DNA of 64,000 nucleotides from Candidatus Bathyarchaeum tardum (GCA_024650005.2 CP122380.1:320001-384000); one strand, 5' to 3'. Positions 30,323 to 40,104 are shown, numbered from the stretch's first letter. Numbers and translations are program-made. The notes: generated from the letters alone by a model not told the origin.

Positions 30323-30475
30323 GACGTAGTCGACATTGATATTTTTCCATTAATGGAGCCTGTTACAGTGCAAGCTGTTCCAGATTTTTCTTCATGGATG
30401 CTTTTGCCACCATTTCTTGTTATCTCTGTAGTTGCTTTATTTTCAAGAAACTCATTGAGAAAAAAGTCTTTATAG
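30323..30475 (+). pseudogene. Orphan C-terminal fragment of a NosD-type PEF-CTERM-like surface protein
   Basis: DIFPLMEPVTVQAVPDFSSWMLLPPFLVISVVALFSRNSLRKKSL* parallels DNCPLMKPV..IPEFPSW of the 5505 gene. Confidence 0.7.
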
Positions 30476-30609
30476 AATAGACTGCTTGGCTCCAGATCCG
30501 AACTTGAATTTGTTTCCATAGATTTTAACCTGAATCGTGAAATTTCCTACAAATCCCTTTTCAATAGTTTTCCGATAGTTATCTATTAATTCATTGGGCT
30601 GTGATAAAA

Positions 30610-30729
30610 TGGTGCGGGGGACGGGATTCGAACCCGTGGAGGCCTGCGCCAGAGGATCTTAAGTCCTCCCCCTTATCTTAGGGGATCTATGTTTGACCCG
30701 CTATTTAGACCTGGCTCGGGTACCCCCGC
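30610..30729 (-). tRNA. tRNA-Leu(TAA) with a 32-nt D-loop intron (30673-30704)
   Basis: Cloverleaf with long variable arm after intron removal; BHB-like helix GUCU/AGAU with AAA and AAG bulges. Confidence 0.9.
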
Positions 30730-30896
30730 TATCCTCAATATTCACATAACAGCTCTGACATAAATGTTACTTACCTTAAGACCATGAACCAAATCAATAA
30801 CCAATTGAATTGTAATTTTTATGGGATTTGTTTTGCTTTGTTTGGCGTTATGGTTATAACAGTCAAAATCTAAGAAATGTTTTGGCGGGTAATTCT

Positions 30897-31042
30897 GGGC
30901 GGGTACAGAAAACTAGGATGGTTTTCTACCGAAGCCTAGCATGGATAGGGCACGAACAGCAATTTCTGCTGGTGTAAGCCTCCTACCAAGGGAATTGGGA
31001 GAGAGCTCGGGGTCACGGGTTCAAATCCCGTCCCGCCCGCCA
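30897..31042 (+). tRNA. tRNA-Arg(CCT) with three introns (30906-30933, 30956-30977, 30986-31003)
   Basis: Spliced form GGGCGGGTAGCCTAGCATGGATAGGGCACGAGCCTCCTAAGCTCGGGGTCACGGGTTCAAATCCCGTCCCGCCCGCCA folds as a cloverleaf; each intron has a BHB motif. Confidence 0.9.
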
Positions 31043-31083
31043 TCAATTGGCGCTTCATTTTTTGAAAAATCAGTAAAAAACTT

Positions 31084-31503
31084 TTAGATTGAAAGCAGTT
31101 TGGCGTGTCGCCAGCCTCTTCCACCCTTTTTTTGTTGTTGGTCTTTGTTAGGTTTTGGTTTAGGTGGAGGCGCACGTTTAGTAGGTCCCTTTTTTTGAGT
31201 TTGTATGTTGGTTTTGATGAATTTTCCCCATCCGCCTACTGTTGGATTTGGAGCACCTGCTTTGCTTGATTCGCAGCCAAGATGCGATTCAACTATGTCA
31301 TGAAATTCTAATGGTTTGAAGTCCCGTGTTGCCATGATTACTGTTCCTTGTTCCACAAACAGTTTTGAATAATCGTTTTTAGCTATGCCTTCAGCTCGGA
31401 TTTTATCGTCTAATCTATTTTGCCAGAGGTCTTTCCATTCTGTTCTTAGTTCGTCAACGAATTCTTTTGCTTCAGTTCCATTCATTGTTTTTCCTCCTTG
31501 CAC
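31084..31503 (-). CDS. Hypothetical protein with a basic, Pro-rich C-terminus
   Basis: 139-aa ORF with GGAGG before the second Met. Confidence 0.7.
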   Translation of the reverse strand: MQGGKTMNGTEAKEFVDELRTEWKDLWQNRLDDKIRAEGIAKNDYSKLFVEQGTVIMATRDFKPLEFHDIVESHLGCESSKAGAPNPTVGGWGKFIKTNIQTQKKGPTKRAPPPKPKPNKDQQQKKGGRGWRHAKLLSI

Positions 31504-31752
31504 CTTTTATTGGAGCAAACAATCAGTTGGCGTGTTTGCTTCAGCGTGCTTTTAATTGTTGGATTCACTTGCTCCTTTTTTAATTATGAAATATAAGGAG
31601 GTAAGAAAGGAACTTCCTGACCTTTTTTCTGGAAATTTCTTCTAGAACCAAAAACTAGAAAAATGTGACTTGTTTTCTATAAGATTCAAGGCGACTACTG
31701 ATATGAAGAACGAATTCACAACACATTTATCCCCTGAAACAACAACCTCAAT

Positions 31753-31992
31753 TTGTTCGGGAGATTGAAAAATATGGCCACTATTGATAACCTTTTGGAT
31801 TTACTCAAAGATGGACAGTGGCATGATTTGAAACAAACTACACAAAAAGTTGGGTTATATTCTGCTAAGGCTGAAATGGTTATTAGTTTCCTGAACGAAT
31901 ACGGATTCATTAAGCTAAGTGAAGATTCTAAACAAATTAAACTTCAGCACTTGACCCTAGAATTTTTTGCCCAAATCCAGAATTTAGAATAA
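31753..31992 (+). CDS. Small winged-helix protein
   Basis: LLKDGQWHDL...ISFLNEYGFI. Confidence 0.6.
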   Translation: MFGRLKNMATIDNLLDLLKDGQWHDLKQTTQKVGLYSAKAEMVISFLNEYGFIKLSEDSKQIKLQHLTLEFFAQIQNLE

Positions 31993-32053
31993 TATCCTGA
32001 GTGACTATTTGTTCTGAGTCACGGCGTTTTCTGAATAGGTTAATTACTGTTTT

Positions 32054-33166
32054 GTGTTTAGAATATACAATGGAGTCGTTCACATGTTTTATGATGCCTT
32101 GAAGACTTTTGGAAAACTGTTCCTTATTGTTACTGTAGTTTTCACCGTAGCCTTTTACGCCCTTTCTTTAGTACTAGGACCCGCCCTGTTCTTTTTCACA
32201 TCTGAAGGATTAAACGTCAGCATGATTTACAAAGAATCTCTGCCTGGCTGGATTCTTATTCTGCCTGTTACTGTTCCTATTGGTCTTGAATTAGGCACAA
32301 TTTTTCTTGGAGTCAGCATTGTTATTACCTTAAGTTTTATCACTGCTTGGAAACTCAACAAAAATTTTCATCAAACAATCAAAAACAGTGTTATTCAACC
32401 AACAAAAAATCTGTTTCAAAACAGCCTTTTTGGCATGACCCTCGTAAACAGCATGACCTTAATTGCAGTCCTGTTCATTAGCAGAATTCAAGAATCAAGC
32501 GGAATCCCAACTGGAACAACACCCATAGTGGGTGAGCCTTTTTTGGATTTATTGGACTTGTCCTATTCTGCTGTAGTTGAAGAAATCGGTTTTCGGTTAA
32601 TTCCAATTGGAGGTTTATTGGTCATTCTTTTGTTGCTAACGAAAAAAACAGATTCACCGTTTTCATTTAAACAAAACATTAAGCTGTTTTTCTTGTCTTT
32701 TTTGTTTCCCGACAAAGCAAAAAGATTAACTGGCAACAAAACAGTTGCTGAACACGGAATTCTTGCCGGAATCAGCCTACCCGAATGGGGCATGATTGTT
32801 TTCACAACAGTAATTTTTGGTTTAGCCCATTACAACCCTGGAGTCAGCTGGGAAATTGGAAAAATCAGTTCTGCAACCTTGTCGGGTTTTGTTTTGGCAA
32901 TAACTTACTTAGTTTATGGAATTCATGCACCCCTGTTGATGCATTGGTTTTTCAATTCCTACAACGAAGCATATTACCTTCTGGCTGACCTTTACCCTAG
33001 TGCGCTGCCGTTAGCTAATTCAGTGGTCTTATTCAGTTTAACTCTTGGGACCTTGGGATGGATATTATTGATTGCCCTTGGTTACCTTAAATTAGTTCGA
33101 AAAAACAGAGAAAATAAAACAATGCAGCCAGACTTTAATTATTCTGATTCTGCTAGTATCTCTTGA
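32054..33166 (+). CDS. CPBP (Abi/CAAX) intramembrane metalloprotease
   Basis: EEIGFR, FGLAH, HWFFN. Confidence 0.88.
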   Translation: MFRIYNGVVHMFYDALKTFGKLFLIVTVVFTVAFYALSLVLGPALFFFTSEGLNVSMIYKESLPGWILILPVTVPIGLELGTIFLGVSIVITLSFITAWKLNKNFHQTIKNSVIQPTKNLFQNSLFGMTLVNSMTLIAVLFISRIQESSGIPTGTTPIVGEPFLDLLDLSYSAVVEEIGFRLIPIGGLLVILLLLTKKTDSPFSFKQNIKLFFLSFLFPDKAKRLTGNKTVAEHGILAGISLPEWGMIVFTTVIFGLAHYNPGVSWEIGKISSATLSGFVLAITYLVYGIHAPLLMHWFFNSYNEAYYLLADLYPSALPLANSVVLFSLTLGTLGWILLIALGYLKLVRKNRENKTMQPDFNYSDSASIS

Positions 33167-34440
33167 ACTAAACTGTTAATTGAAACCGTTCGCTGCTTTT
33201 CGTTTTTCATATCTTTTATAACTACATTGTTTTCTTCAAGTTCTTTTGGTCCAACAATGACAGCATAACCTGCGTTTCTTCTGTTTGCATCTGATAATGC
33301 ACTTCTGATGCTGCGCCCCATAACTGCAACTTCAACAAATGCTCCATTATTTCTGAGATTTGAAGAAATTTCTAAAGCTTTACCCATGCATTCGGGTTTA
33401 ACTGCGATGACCACAACTGTCTTTTGTTTTTGCTTTTCTGGGGATGCATTTTGTTTTGTTAGTGCCAGAACGATTCTGTCAATTCCTTGGGCAACACCAA
33501 CTGCAGGGATTGGTTCGCCACCGAAGAGTTCAATAAGTTTGTCATAGCGTCCACCGCCACCGATGGCGATGTCTAGATCCGGGACGTATGACTCAAAAAT
33601 CATTCCAGTGTAATATTCTAGCCCTCGGGCGAAGCCTGCTTCTACTTGTATTTCTAGTTGTTCACCGCTGTCTTTTACGAGTTCAATTATTTTTTGCAAG
33701 TTATCCACAGCCTCAACCGCGGTAATGTAATCCTGAACTGTATTTCTGATTTGCACCAAATCTTCCCAGGGATCTTCACCCGCCATTTGAAGAATACTCT
33801 GCAAAACCGCTAAACCTTTTTTTGAAACACCTGCTTGTTCAGCAACAGCAAGAGCGTTATTCCACTCTTTTTTGTCTAACAGTTGCCTAACATTGTTTTG
33901 TTGTTGTTCGTTTAGTCCTTCTTGGGTTAATATTCCTCTGAGGATTCCAGTGTGACCAACTTTGAATCGATAATTTTTTAGTCCCAAATTTTTGAGAACA
34001 TTATTTGTTAGCATCAAAATTTCAGCATCTGCTTCAGGTCGGGTTGAACCAAACAGTTCATAGTTGGCTTGCCAAAATTCCCGGAACCGTCCATACTGGG
34101 GTTCGTCATAACGGTAAAGACTTCCAGTGCTGAACAACCGCATAGGTTTGGGTTCATTTTTAAGTTTATTAACTACCAATCGGGCAACAGAAGCAGTAAA
34201 TTCTGGACGCATGGCAACTTGTCTGCCCCCAAGGTCTTCAAATTTGTACATTCTTTCACGGATTTCTTCACTGGTTTTGGCTGCTAACAACTCATAGGAT
34301 TCCAAAACTGGAGTGATTATTTCTTCGTAGCCATAAAGTTTGGAGACATACCTTGTAACCTGCTCAACATAACGCATCTTCTGTGCGTCACCTGGCAGTA
34401 GGTCTCTCATTCCGCGAACAGTTTTGAACACTTTTTTCAC
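33139..34440 (-). CDS. hisS: Histidine--tRNA ligase
   Basis: RGMRD, RPEFT, YRYDEPQ, RGLEYYTG, GGGRYD. Confidence 0.97.
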   Translation of the reverse strand: MKKVFKTVRGMRDLLPGDAQKMRYVEQVTRYVSKLYGYEEIITPVLESYELLAAKTSEEIRERMYKFEDLGGRQVAMRPEFTASVARLVVNKLKNEPKPMRLFSTGSLYRYDEPQYGRFREFWQANYELFGSTRPEADAEILMLTNNVLKNLGLKNYRFKVGHTGILRGILTQEGLNEQQQNNVRQLLDKKEWNNALAVAEQAGVSKKGLAVLQSILQMAGEDPWEDLVQIRNTVQDYITAVEAVDNLQKIIELVKDSGEQLEIQVEAGFARGLEYYTGMIFESYVPDLDIAIGGGGRYDKLIELFGGEPIPAVGVAQGIDRIVLALTKQNASPEKQKQKTVVVIAVKPECMGKALEISSNLRNNGAFVEVAVMGRSIRSALSDANRRNAGYAVIVGPKELEENNVVIKDMKNEKQRTVSINSLVQEILAESE

Positions 34441-34451
34441 CCAAATTTTTG

Positions 34452-35057
34452 TTACTTTAAGTTAAGTTCTGAAAGGGAATAGTAAACAATTTCCCCTCTT
34501 CGATTAATAACTGCAAGAACCAAATTTTTTTTCAAGTTCTGAGTATACCGCTGAGTTCTTGCCAGTTTCTCTAAGGTAACTGGTTGACCTTCCTGTATGC
34601 CAAAAATCAAATGCTTGGCAGTTCCTTTGCCGTAATCTCCTCGCTCATACAAACGAAAATCGATGTCCTTGCCAAAGCCTTCACGTGCTACATATCCTCG
34701 GCTTCTTAAATCCCTATAAATTAAGTATCGAACCCATGCGTCTTTATCAACTGCCTGAAAACGTTTCAGCAAATCTTCAAAAACAATTATTTCTTTGTTT
34801 TTGGAGTCTTTGACTTCAATAATTCCTTTGCTAAGAAGATAAAGGGCTTCACAACTTGTCAGTTCCAGTTTGTTGTTTTCAGTATTGCCATAACCTTTTG
34901 CTGAAAGCTCTTCTGCATCTGCAGATAAATTAACAGTGACAACAGTATCCGTTAACACAGCACAAACTGGAACCAAAGCATCTTTATTTTTTTCAGCGTC
35001 AAGCTCCTGCTTATCCAACATCAAAACCTTCAAACAGTTAATAATCAGCCTAATCAT
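34452..35057 (-). CDS. endA: tRNA-intron endonuclease subunit, probably structural (beta)
   Basis: EALYL, YRDLRSRGY and DFRLY are present; the usual GxKFG and catalytic His patterns are not seen. Confidence 0.85.
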   Translation of the reverse strand: MIRLIINCLKVLMLDKQELDAEKNKDALVPVCAVLTDTVVTVNLSADAEELSAKGYGNTENNKLELTSCEALYLLSKGIIEVKDSKNKEIIVFEDLLKRFQAVDKDAWVRYLIYRDLRSRGYVAREGFGKDIDFRLYERGDYGKGTAKHLIFGIQEGQPVTLEKLARTQRYTQNLKKNLVLAVINRRGEIVYYSLSELNLK

Positions 35058-35173
35058 TAACTCTTAAGATTTTAATCTTTAGTTAACTAACGATTTGAGA
35101 AAAATTTTTGGATTTTTTAATGCTATATGGGTTAATTAGAACTTAGTTATGCTCATTAAGATTAACTATTTTT

Positions 35174-35377
35174 TTATGGAACATATTTGGATATTATCAT
35201 GATAACAAATCCTAATGCAATCAGCACAAAGCCTTCCTGTCCTTTTATTGACCAACGTTTATTTGTTGTACTGCTCGTACGTATTGTGGTTTTGTTACCT
35301 AGAATGGTCCACATTATTCCTGCGGTAACCATTACAAGACTTATTTGATACAAATAGTCGTTCATACCCCAATCCAT
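35174..35377 (-). CDS. Small two-TM hypothetical protein
   Basis: 67 aa with two hydrophobic segments. Confidence 0.5.
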   Translation of the reverse strand: MDWGMNDYLYQISLVMVTAGIMWTILGNKTTIRTSSTTNKRWSIKGQEGFVLIALGFVIMIISKYVP

Positions 35378-35636
35378 GTTTTGAAGTGTTATAAATTGTT
35401 CGAGGATTTTTTCGTTGAAGCCTAAAAATTTTTAAGATAGGCTGTAGTTTGGCTTGTTAGAGGTTGTTAAATTGAGGGATCGTTTCCTCCATCGCTAATT
35501 TCGTTTCGTTTGTTAGCTTATGTTTTGTTAGTTTAACCCCTTGTAGAAACATTTTTGGCGTATCAATGCACAACTTCTCTGAACAGTCCTTTGTGGATAA
35601 ATTTATTAGTAAAACAACGTTTGAAGGTGACTTATC

Positions 35637-36887
35637 ATGAACATTATCGAAAAAATCTTAGCAAGAGCCTCAAACAAAAACGAGGTAGTTCCAGGAGAAA
35701 TAGTGGAAGCTAACATCGACGTGGCCATGACCCACGACTTGACTGGACCATTAGCTATTCAATCATTCAAAGAAATTGGAGCAAAAAAAGTTTGGAACAC
35801 CGACAAAATAGTAGTCATACTAGACCATCTGGTTCCAGCAAGCTCAGTAATTTCTGCAGGTTTGCACAACACCGTGCGAGATTTTGTTAATGAACAAGGA
35901 ATCAAAAACTTCTACGATGTAGGGCGAGGTGGGGTATGCCACCAAGTAATGCCTGAAAAAGGGCATGTTCGACCCGGAGAAGTAATCGTTGGTTCTGATT
36001 CTCACACATGCACTTACGGAGCCTTCGGAGCTTTCGCAACTGGAATTGGCTCTACAGAGATGGCTGCAGTTTTCACAACAGGTAAACTGTGGTTTAGAGT
36101 CCCCGAAGTCATCAAAGTTGATGTAACTGGTAACTTCCAGAATTTAGTTTCAGCAAAAGACCTAACCCTAAAAGTAGTCGGCGAAATTGGAGCAGATGGT
36201 GCAATCTATAAAGGATTAGAATTTACTGGTCAAACCATACGTGACCTGACCATCGACGGCAGAATGGTTCTGTCCAACATGGCCGTAGAAATGGGAGCCA
36301 AAGCAGGATTAATCGAACCCGACCAAAAAACCATGGATTACGTTAACGCCCGAACTGAAATGCCCTTTACCCCCCAGAAAAGTGACGCCGACGCAACCTA
36401 CGAAAAAGTAGTAGACATTGACGTTAACAACTTGGAGCCACAGGTAGCAGTTCCACACTCTGTAGATAACGTTAAGCCTGTCTCTGAAGTGGAAGGCACC
36501 GAACTAAACCAAGGCTTCATTGGTTCCTGCACTAACGGTCGATTAGAGGACTTGCGAGAAGCTGCAAAAATCTTGAAAGGCAAACAAATCGCCAAAACCA
36601 TTCGGTTAATTGTAATTCCTGCCTCTCAAGAAATTTATTTAAACGCAGTACAAGAAGGTTTAGTCAAAACCTTCATGGAATCTGGAGCCACTGTGGCAAA
36701 CCCCAACTGTGGACCCTGCTTAGGTGGACATATGGGAATAATGACCGACGGCGAAGCATGCATAAGCACCTCAAACCGAAACTTCATCGGACGAATGGGA
36801 AGCACCAAATCTTACGTTTATTTGGCTTCTCCTGCAACTGTTGCAGCTTCAGCAATTACCGGAAAAATAACTGACCCAACAAAATAG
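35637..36887 (+). CDS. leuC: 3-isopropylmalate dehydratase large subunit (LeuC/HacA family)
   Basis: DSHTCTYG, GSCTNGR, CGPCLG, SNRNFIGR. Confidence 0.93.
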   Translation: MNIIEKILARASNKNEVVPGEIVEANIDVAMTHDLTGPLAIQSFKEIGAKKVWNTDKIVVILDHLVPASSVISAGLHNTVRDFVNEQGIKNFYDVGRGGVCHQVMPEKGHVRPGEVIVGSDSHTCTYGAFGAFATGIGSTEMAAVFTTGKLWFRVPEVIKVDVTGNFQNLVSAKDLTLKVVGEIGADGAIYKGLEFTGQTIRDLTIDGRMVLSNMAVEMGAKAGLIEPDQKTMDYVNARTEMPFTPQKSDADATYEKVVDIDVNNLEPQVAVPHSVDNVKPVSEVEGTELNQGFIGSCTNGRLEDLREAAKILKGKQIAKTIRLIVIPASQEIYLNAVQEGLVKTFMESGATVANPNCGPCLGGHMGIMTDGEACISTSNRNFIGRMGSTKSYVYLASPATVAASAITGKITDPTK

Positions 36888-36899
36888 AAGGTAAAAAAA

Positions 36900-37394
36900 T
36901 TGGCAATAAACGGAAAAGCAATCAAATTCGGAGACAACATCGACACAGACGTAATTCTGCCTGGACCTTACCTAGTTCACACAAACCCTTACGAACTAGC
37001 AAAACATGCAATGGAAGGCTTAGACTCAGAGTTCCCACAAAAAGCCTCTGGAGGCGTAATTGTTGTGGGAGCCAAAAACTTTGGATGTGGTTCAAGCCGT
37101 GAGCAAGCCCCCATTGCATTAAAGTATGCAGGGGTAAAATGCGTGTTGGCAGAATCCTTTGCCCGTATATTCTATCGAAACGCCATTACTATAGGCTTAC
37201 CTGTGTTAGTGTGCAAAGACGTTTCAACCAAAGTGAACGAAGGCGACGAATTAACAGTTAATCTGCAAACAGGCAAAGTTGAAAACTTAACCAACGGCGC
37301 TGTATTGCAAGCCACCAAATTGCCCGAATTTATCATGGGAATCTTAGACGATGGCGGATTAATCAAACACCTGAAAAGGAGCATAAAACAATGA
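36900..37394 (+). CDS. leuD: 3-isopropylmalate dehydratase small subunit
   Basis: NIDTDVI, NFGCGSSREQA. Confidence 0.93.
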   Translation: MAINGKAIKFGDNIDTDVILPGPYLVHTNPYELAKHAMEGLDSEFPQKASGGVIVVGAKNFGCGSSREQAPIALKYAGVKCVLAESFARIFYRNAITIGLPVLVCKDVSTKVNEGDELTVNLQTGKVENLTNGAVLQATKLPEFIMGILDDGGLIKHLKRSIKQ

Positions 37395-38419
37395 GCAAAT
37401 ACGACATAACTTTAATGCCCGGAGACGGAATAGGACCTGAACTAACAGAAGCAACCCTGAAAGTATTAGACGCAGTTCAGAAAAAATTCAACATCAAACT
37501 AAACATGATACCTGTAGAAGCAGGAGACAAATGCCTCGAAAAAAATGGCGTAGCTCTGCCTCAAGAAACAATTGATTCCTTCACTAAAACTCACGTATGC
37601 CTGAAAGGACCAGTAGGAGAAACTGCAGCAGATGTAATTGTCAAACTAAGAATCATGTTTGACCTATACGCGAACCTGCGCCCAATCAAAACTTATCCTT
37701 CAGTTCCTGATGTGCAACCAGGAATTGACATGATGTTTGTTCGAGAAAACACCGAAGATGTATACCGGGGAATCGAATTCCAAATCGACGACAGCGCGGT
37801 GTGCATGCGAGTAATAACCAAGAAAGGTTCAGAAAAAATTGCCAAGAAAGCCTTTGAAATCGCAAAACTACGGGAAAGAAAACAAGTTGTTGCAATTCAC
37901 AAAGCAAATGTTATGAGGGTAACCTGTGGTTTGTTTAAGAAAACCTGCCAAGAAGTCGCAAAACAGTACCCCGACATCGAATACAGCGAACAGTACGTTG
38001 ACGCCGCAGCCATGCGCTTAATCAGACAGCCTCAAAGTTTTGATGTTATCTTAATCACTAACATGTTTGGGGATATATTGTCCGACGAAGCCGCCCAACT
38101 AATCGGAGGCTTAGGAATGGCTCCTGGAGCAAACGTCGGCGATGACTTTGGACTGTTTGAACCTATCCATGGTTCTGCACCTGACATAGTCGGAAAAGGC
38201 ATAGCCAATCCTTGTTCAATGGTTTTGTCTGCAAAAATGATGCTAGACTGGTTGGGTGAACGCAACAACGACAGAGAATGTTTTGCTGCAGCTCAGGCTA
38301 TCGAAGATGCGGTAACAGAGACTTTACGTAAAGGCGTAACTGTTCCTGACTTAGGTGGCAATGTCTCAACAATGGGCATGGCTGAAGCTATTGCTCAAGA
38401 AATCATAAACAAAAAATAA
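37391..38419 (+). CDS. leuB: 3-isopropylmalate dehydrogenase family protein
   Basis: GDGIGPE, NMFGDILSD, FEPIHGSAPDI; operon context. Confidence 0.88.
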   Translation: MSKYDITLMPGDGIGPELTEATLKVLDAVQKKFNIKLNMIPVEAGDKCLEKNGVALPQETIDSFTKTHVCLKGPVGETAADVIVKLRIMFDLYANLRPIKTYPSVPDVQPGIDMMFVRENTEDVYRGIEFQIDDSAVCMRVITKKGSEKIAKKAFEIAKLRERKQVVAIHKANVMRVTCGLFKKTCQEVAKQYPDIEYSEQYVDAAAMRLIRQPQSFDVILITNMFGDILSDEAAQLIGGLGMAPGANVGDDFGLFEPIHGSAPDIVGKGIANPCSMVLSAKMMLDWLGERNNDRECFAAAQAIEDAVTETLRKGVTVPDLGGNVSTMGMAEAIAQEIINKK

Positions 38420-38427
38420 AAAAATAA

Positions 38428-39963
38428 TTGGAAGGGGGAACCTTGAAAACAAAAAACGGAGATTACATACGAATCTTTGATACCACCCTGCGAGATGGGG
38501 AGCAGACGCCAGGGGTTTCTTTAACTACTGAAGAGAAACTGGAGATTGCTCGGCAACTTGACAAACTGGGCGTAGACAGCATCGAAGCTGGAACTCCTAT
38601 CAGTTCTGAGGGTGAAAGGCGAGCAACCAAAGAAATTGCAAAAGCAGGATTAACTGCAGAAGTTTGTGGTTTAGCCCGCAGCAAACGAAACGACATTGAC
38701 ATAGCCATAGCGTGTGATGTAGATGCGGTTCATACTTTCATTTCTACTTCTGAAGTTCAAATGAAGTACGCCGTTAACATGACTCCTGAAGAAGTTTTGG
38801 CTAGTTCAATTGATTCGATAGAGTACATCAAGAGTCATGGTTTAGTTTGTGAGTATTCTCCGATGGATGCTTCAAGAACCGACATAGAGTTCTTGAAAAA
38901 AGTCTGCAAGGCAGCAGAACAAGCAGGAGCTGACAGAATCAACATTCCTGACACTGTTGGTATTATGATTCCTAGGACTATGCGGCAATTAATCCAAGAA
39001 GTAACAAGCACGGTAAAAATTCCAATCAGCGTGCACTGTCACAACGATTTCGGGATGGCAGTTGCAAACTCCTTAGCAGGAGTTGAGGGAGGCGCATCTC
39101 AAGTTCATGTTGCCGTTAACGGTTTAGGTGAACGGGCAGGAAACGCAGCCCTAGAAGAAATTGTTGTTGCCCTGAACTTGATTTACAACAAAAAAACTGG
39201 AATTAACCCCAAACAACTTTATGAAACCTCAAGGTTAGTTTCCCGTTTATCTGGGATGCAAATTCAAGCTAACAAAGCAGTGGTAGGAGAAAACGCATTC
39301 TCCCACGAGTCAGGTATCCACACACGCGGTGTAACTGTTGCGCCATCGACTTTTGAGCCGATTCAACCTGAATTTGTTGGACGAAAACGAAAACTAGTAG
39401 CAGGAAAACTGGCTGGAACCAGTGGTATACGGGCAGAACTTGAAGAATCCGGTTTGACCCCAACCAGTGAACAATTAAATGAAGTAGTTAAAATAGTCAA
39501 AGACCTAGGGGACAAAGGCAAAAAAATTACTGATGCTGACGTGTTATCTATTGCCCGTTCAGTTATGGGCAAAGTCGATAAAGAAAAACGGATTGTTGAC
39601 TTGGCTGGATTTTCAGTTGTAACTGGAATGAACGTTATTCCAACTGCATCGGTAAGTTTGGTACTGGATGGCAAAAAATACATTGCATCCGAGACAGGGT
39701 TTGGTCCTGTTGATGCAGTAATGAAGGCAGTTCAAAAACTAACATCACCTCTGGTGAACGTTCGACTCAAAGAATATCGAATAGAAGCAACTACTGGGGG
39801 TTCTGATGCTATCGGTGAAGTGTTAATCAAAGTTGAAGACAAAGACGGCAACGTAGTTTCTTCCCGGGCAAGCAACGAAGACATAGTCATGGCCAGCGTT
39901 GAAGCAATGGTAGAAGGTATCAACAAAAGCCTTCTGAAAAGCAGAAACAAAAAAAGGAAATAA
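38428..39963 (+). CDS. leuA: 2-isopropylmalate synthase (citramalate synthase not excluded)
   Basis: DTTLRDGEQ, HCHND, GERAGNA, HESGIH and a C-terminal regulatory domain. Confidence 0.85.
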   Translation: MEGGTLKTKNGDYIRIFDTTLRDGEQTPGVSLTTEEKLEIARQLDKLGVDSIEAGTPISSEGERRATKEIAKAGLTAEVCGLARSKRNDIDIAIACDVDAVHTFISTSEVQMKYAVNMTPEEVLASSIDSIEYIKSHGLVCEYSPMDASRTDIEFLKKVCKAAEQAGADRINIPDTVGIMIPRTMRQLIQEVTSTVKIPISVHCHNDFGMAVANSLAGVEGGASQVHVAVNGLGERAGNAALEEIVVALNLIYNKKTGINPKQLYETSRLVSRLSGMQIQANKAVVGENAFSHESGIHTRGVTVAPSTFEPIQPEFVGRKRKLVAGKLAGTSGIRAELEESGLTPTSEQLNEVVKIVKDLGDKGKKITDADVLSIARSVMGKVDKEKRIVDLAGFSVVTGMNVIPTASVSLVLDGKKYIASETGFGPVDAVMKAVQKLTSPLVNVRLKEYRIEATTGGSDAIGEVLIKVEDKDGNVVSSRASNEDIVMASVEAMVEGINKSLLKSRNKKRK

Positions 39964-40104
39964 CCAAAAACTAATCGTTAGCAGTAGTATCTAAATTAAT
40001 TGTAATTGTTGGGTTTATCTCCTTAATGCTTTTAACATACTTGTAAGCAGTAATGAAGTTATTAACGAAAATATTCAATGTAGAATATTATTCATGGCAG
40101 AAAA

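Larger units (their letters stand above)
27824..30633. mobile_element. Genomic islet at the tRNA-Leu 3' end (~2.8 kb, no integrase)
   Basis: 27824-27849 matches the tRNA-Leu 3' end at 30608-30633 at 24/26 nt; AT-rich cargo. Confidence 0.75.

Noticed and set aside
30226-30519. 97-aa minus-strand ORF
   Set aside because: It is better explained as the antisense of the orphan PEF-like tail and the hairpin.
30936-31175. 79-aa minus-strand ORF
   Set aside because: It is antisense to tRNA-Arg(CCT) and overlaps the 31084 gene.
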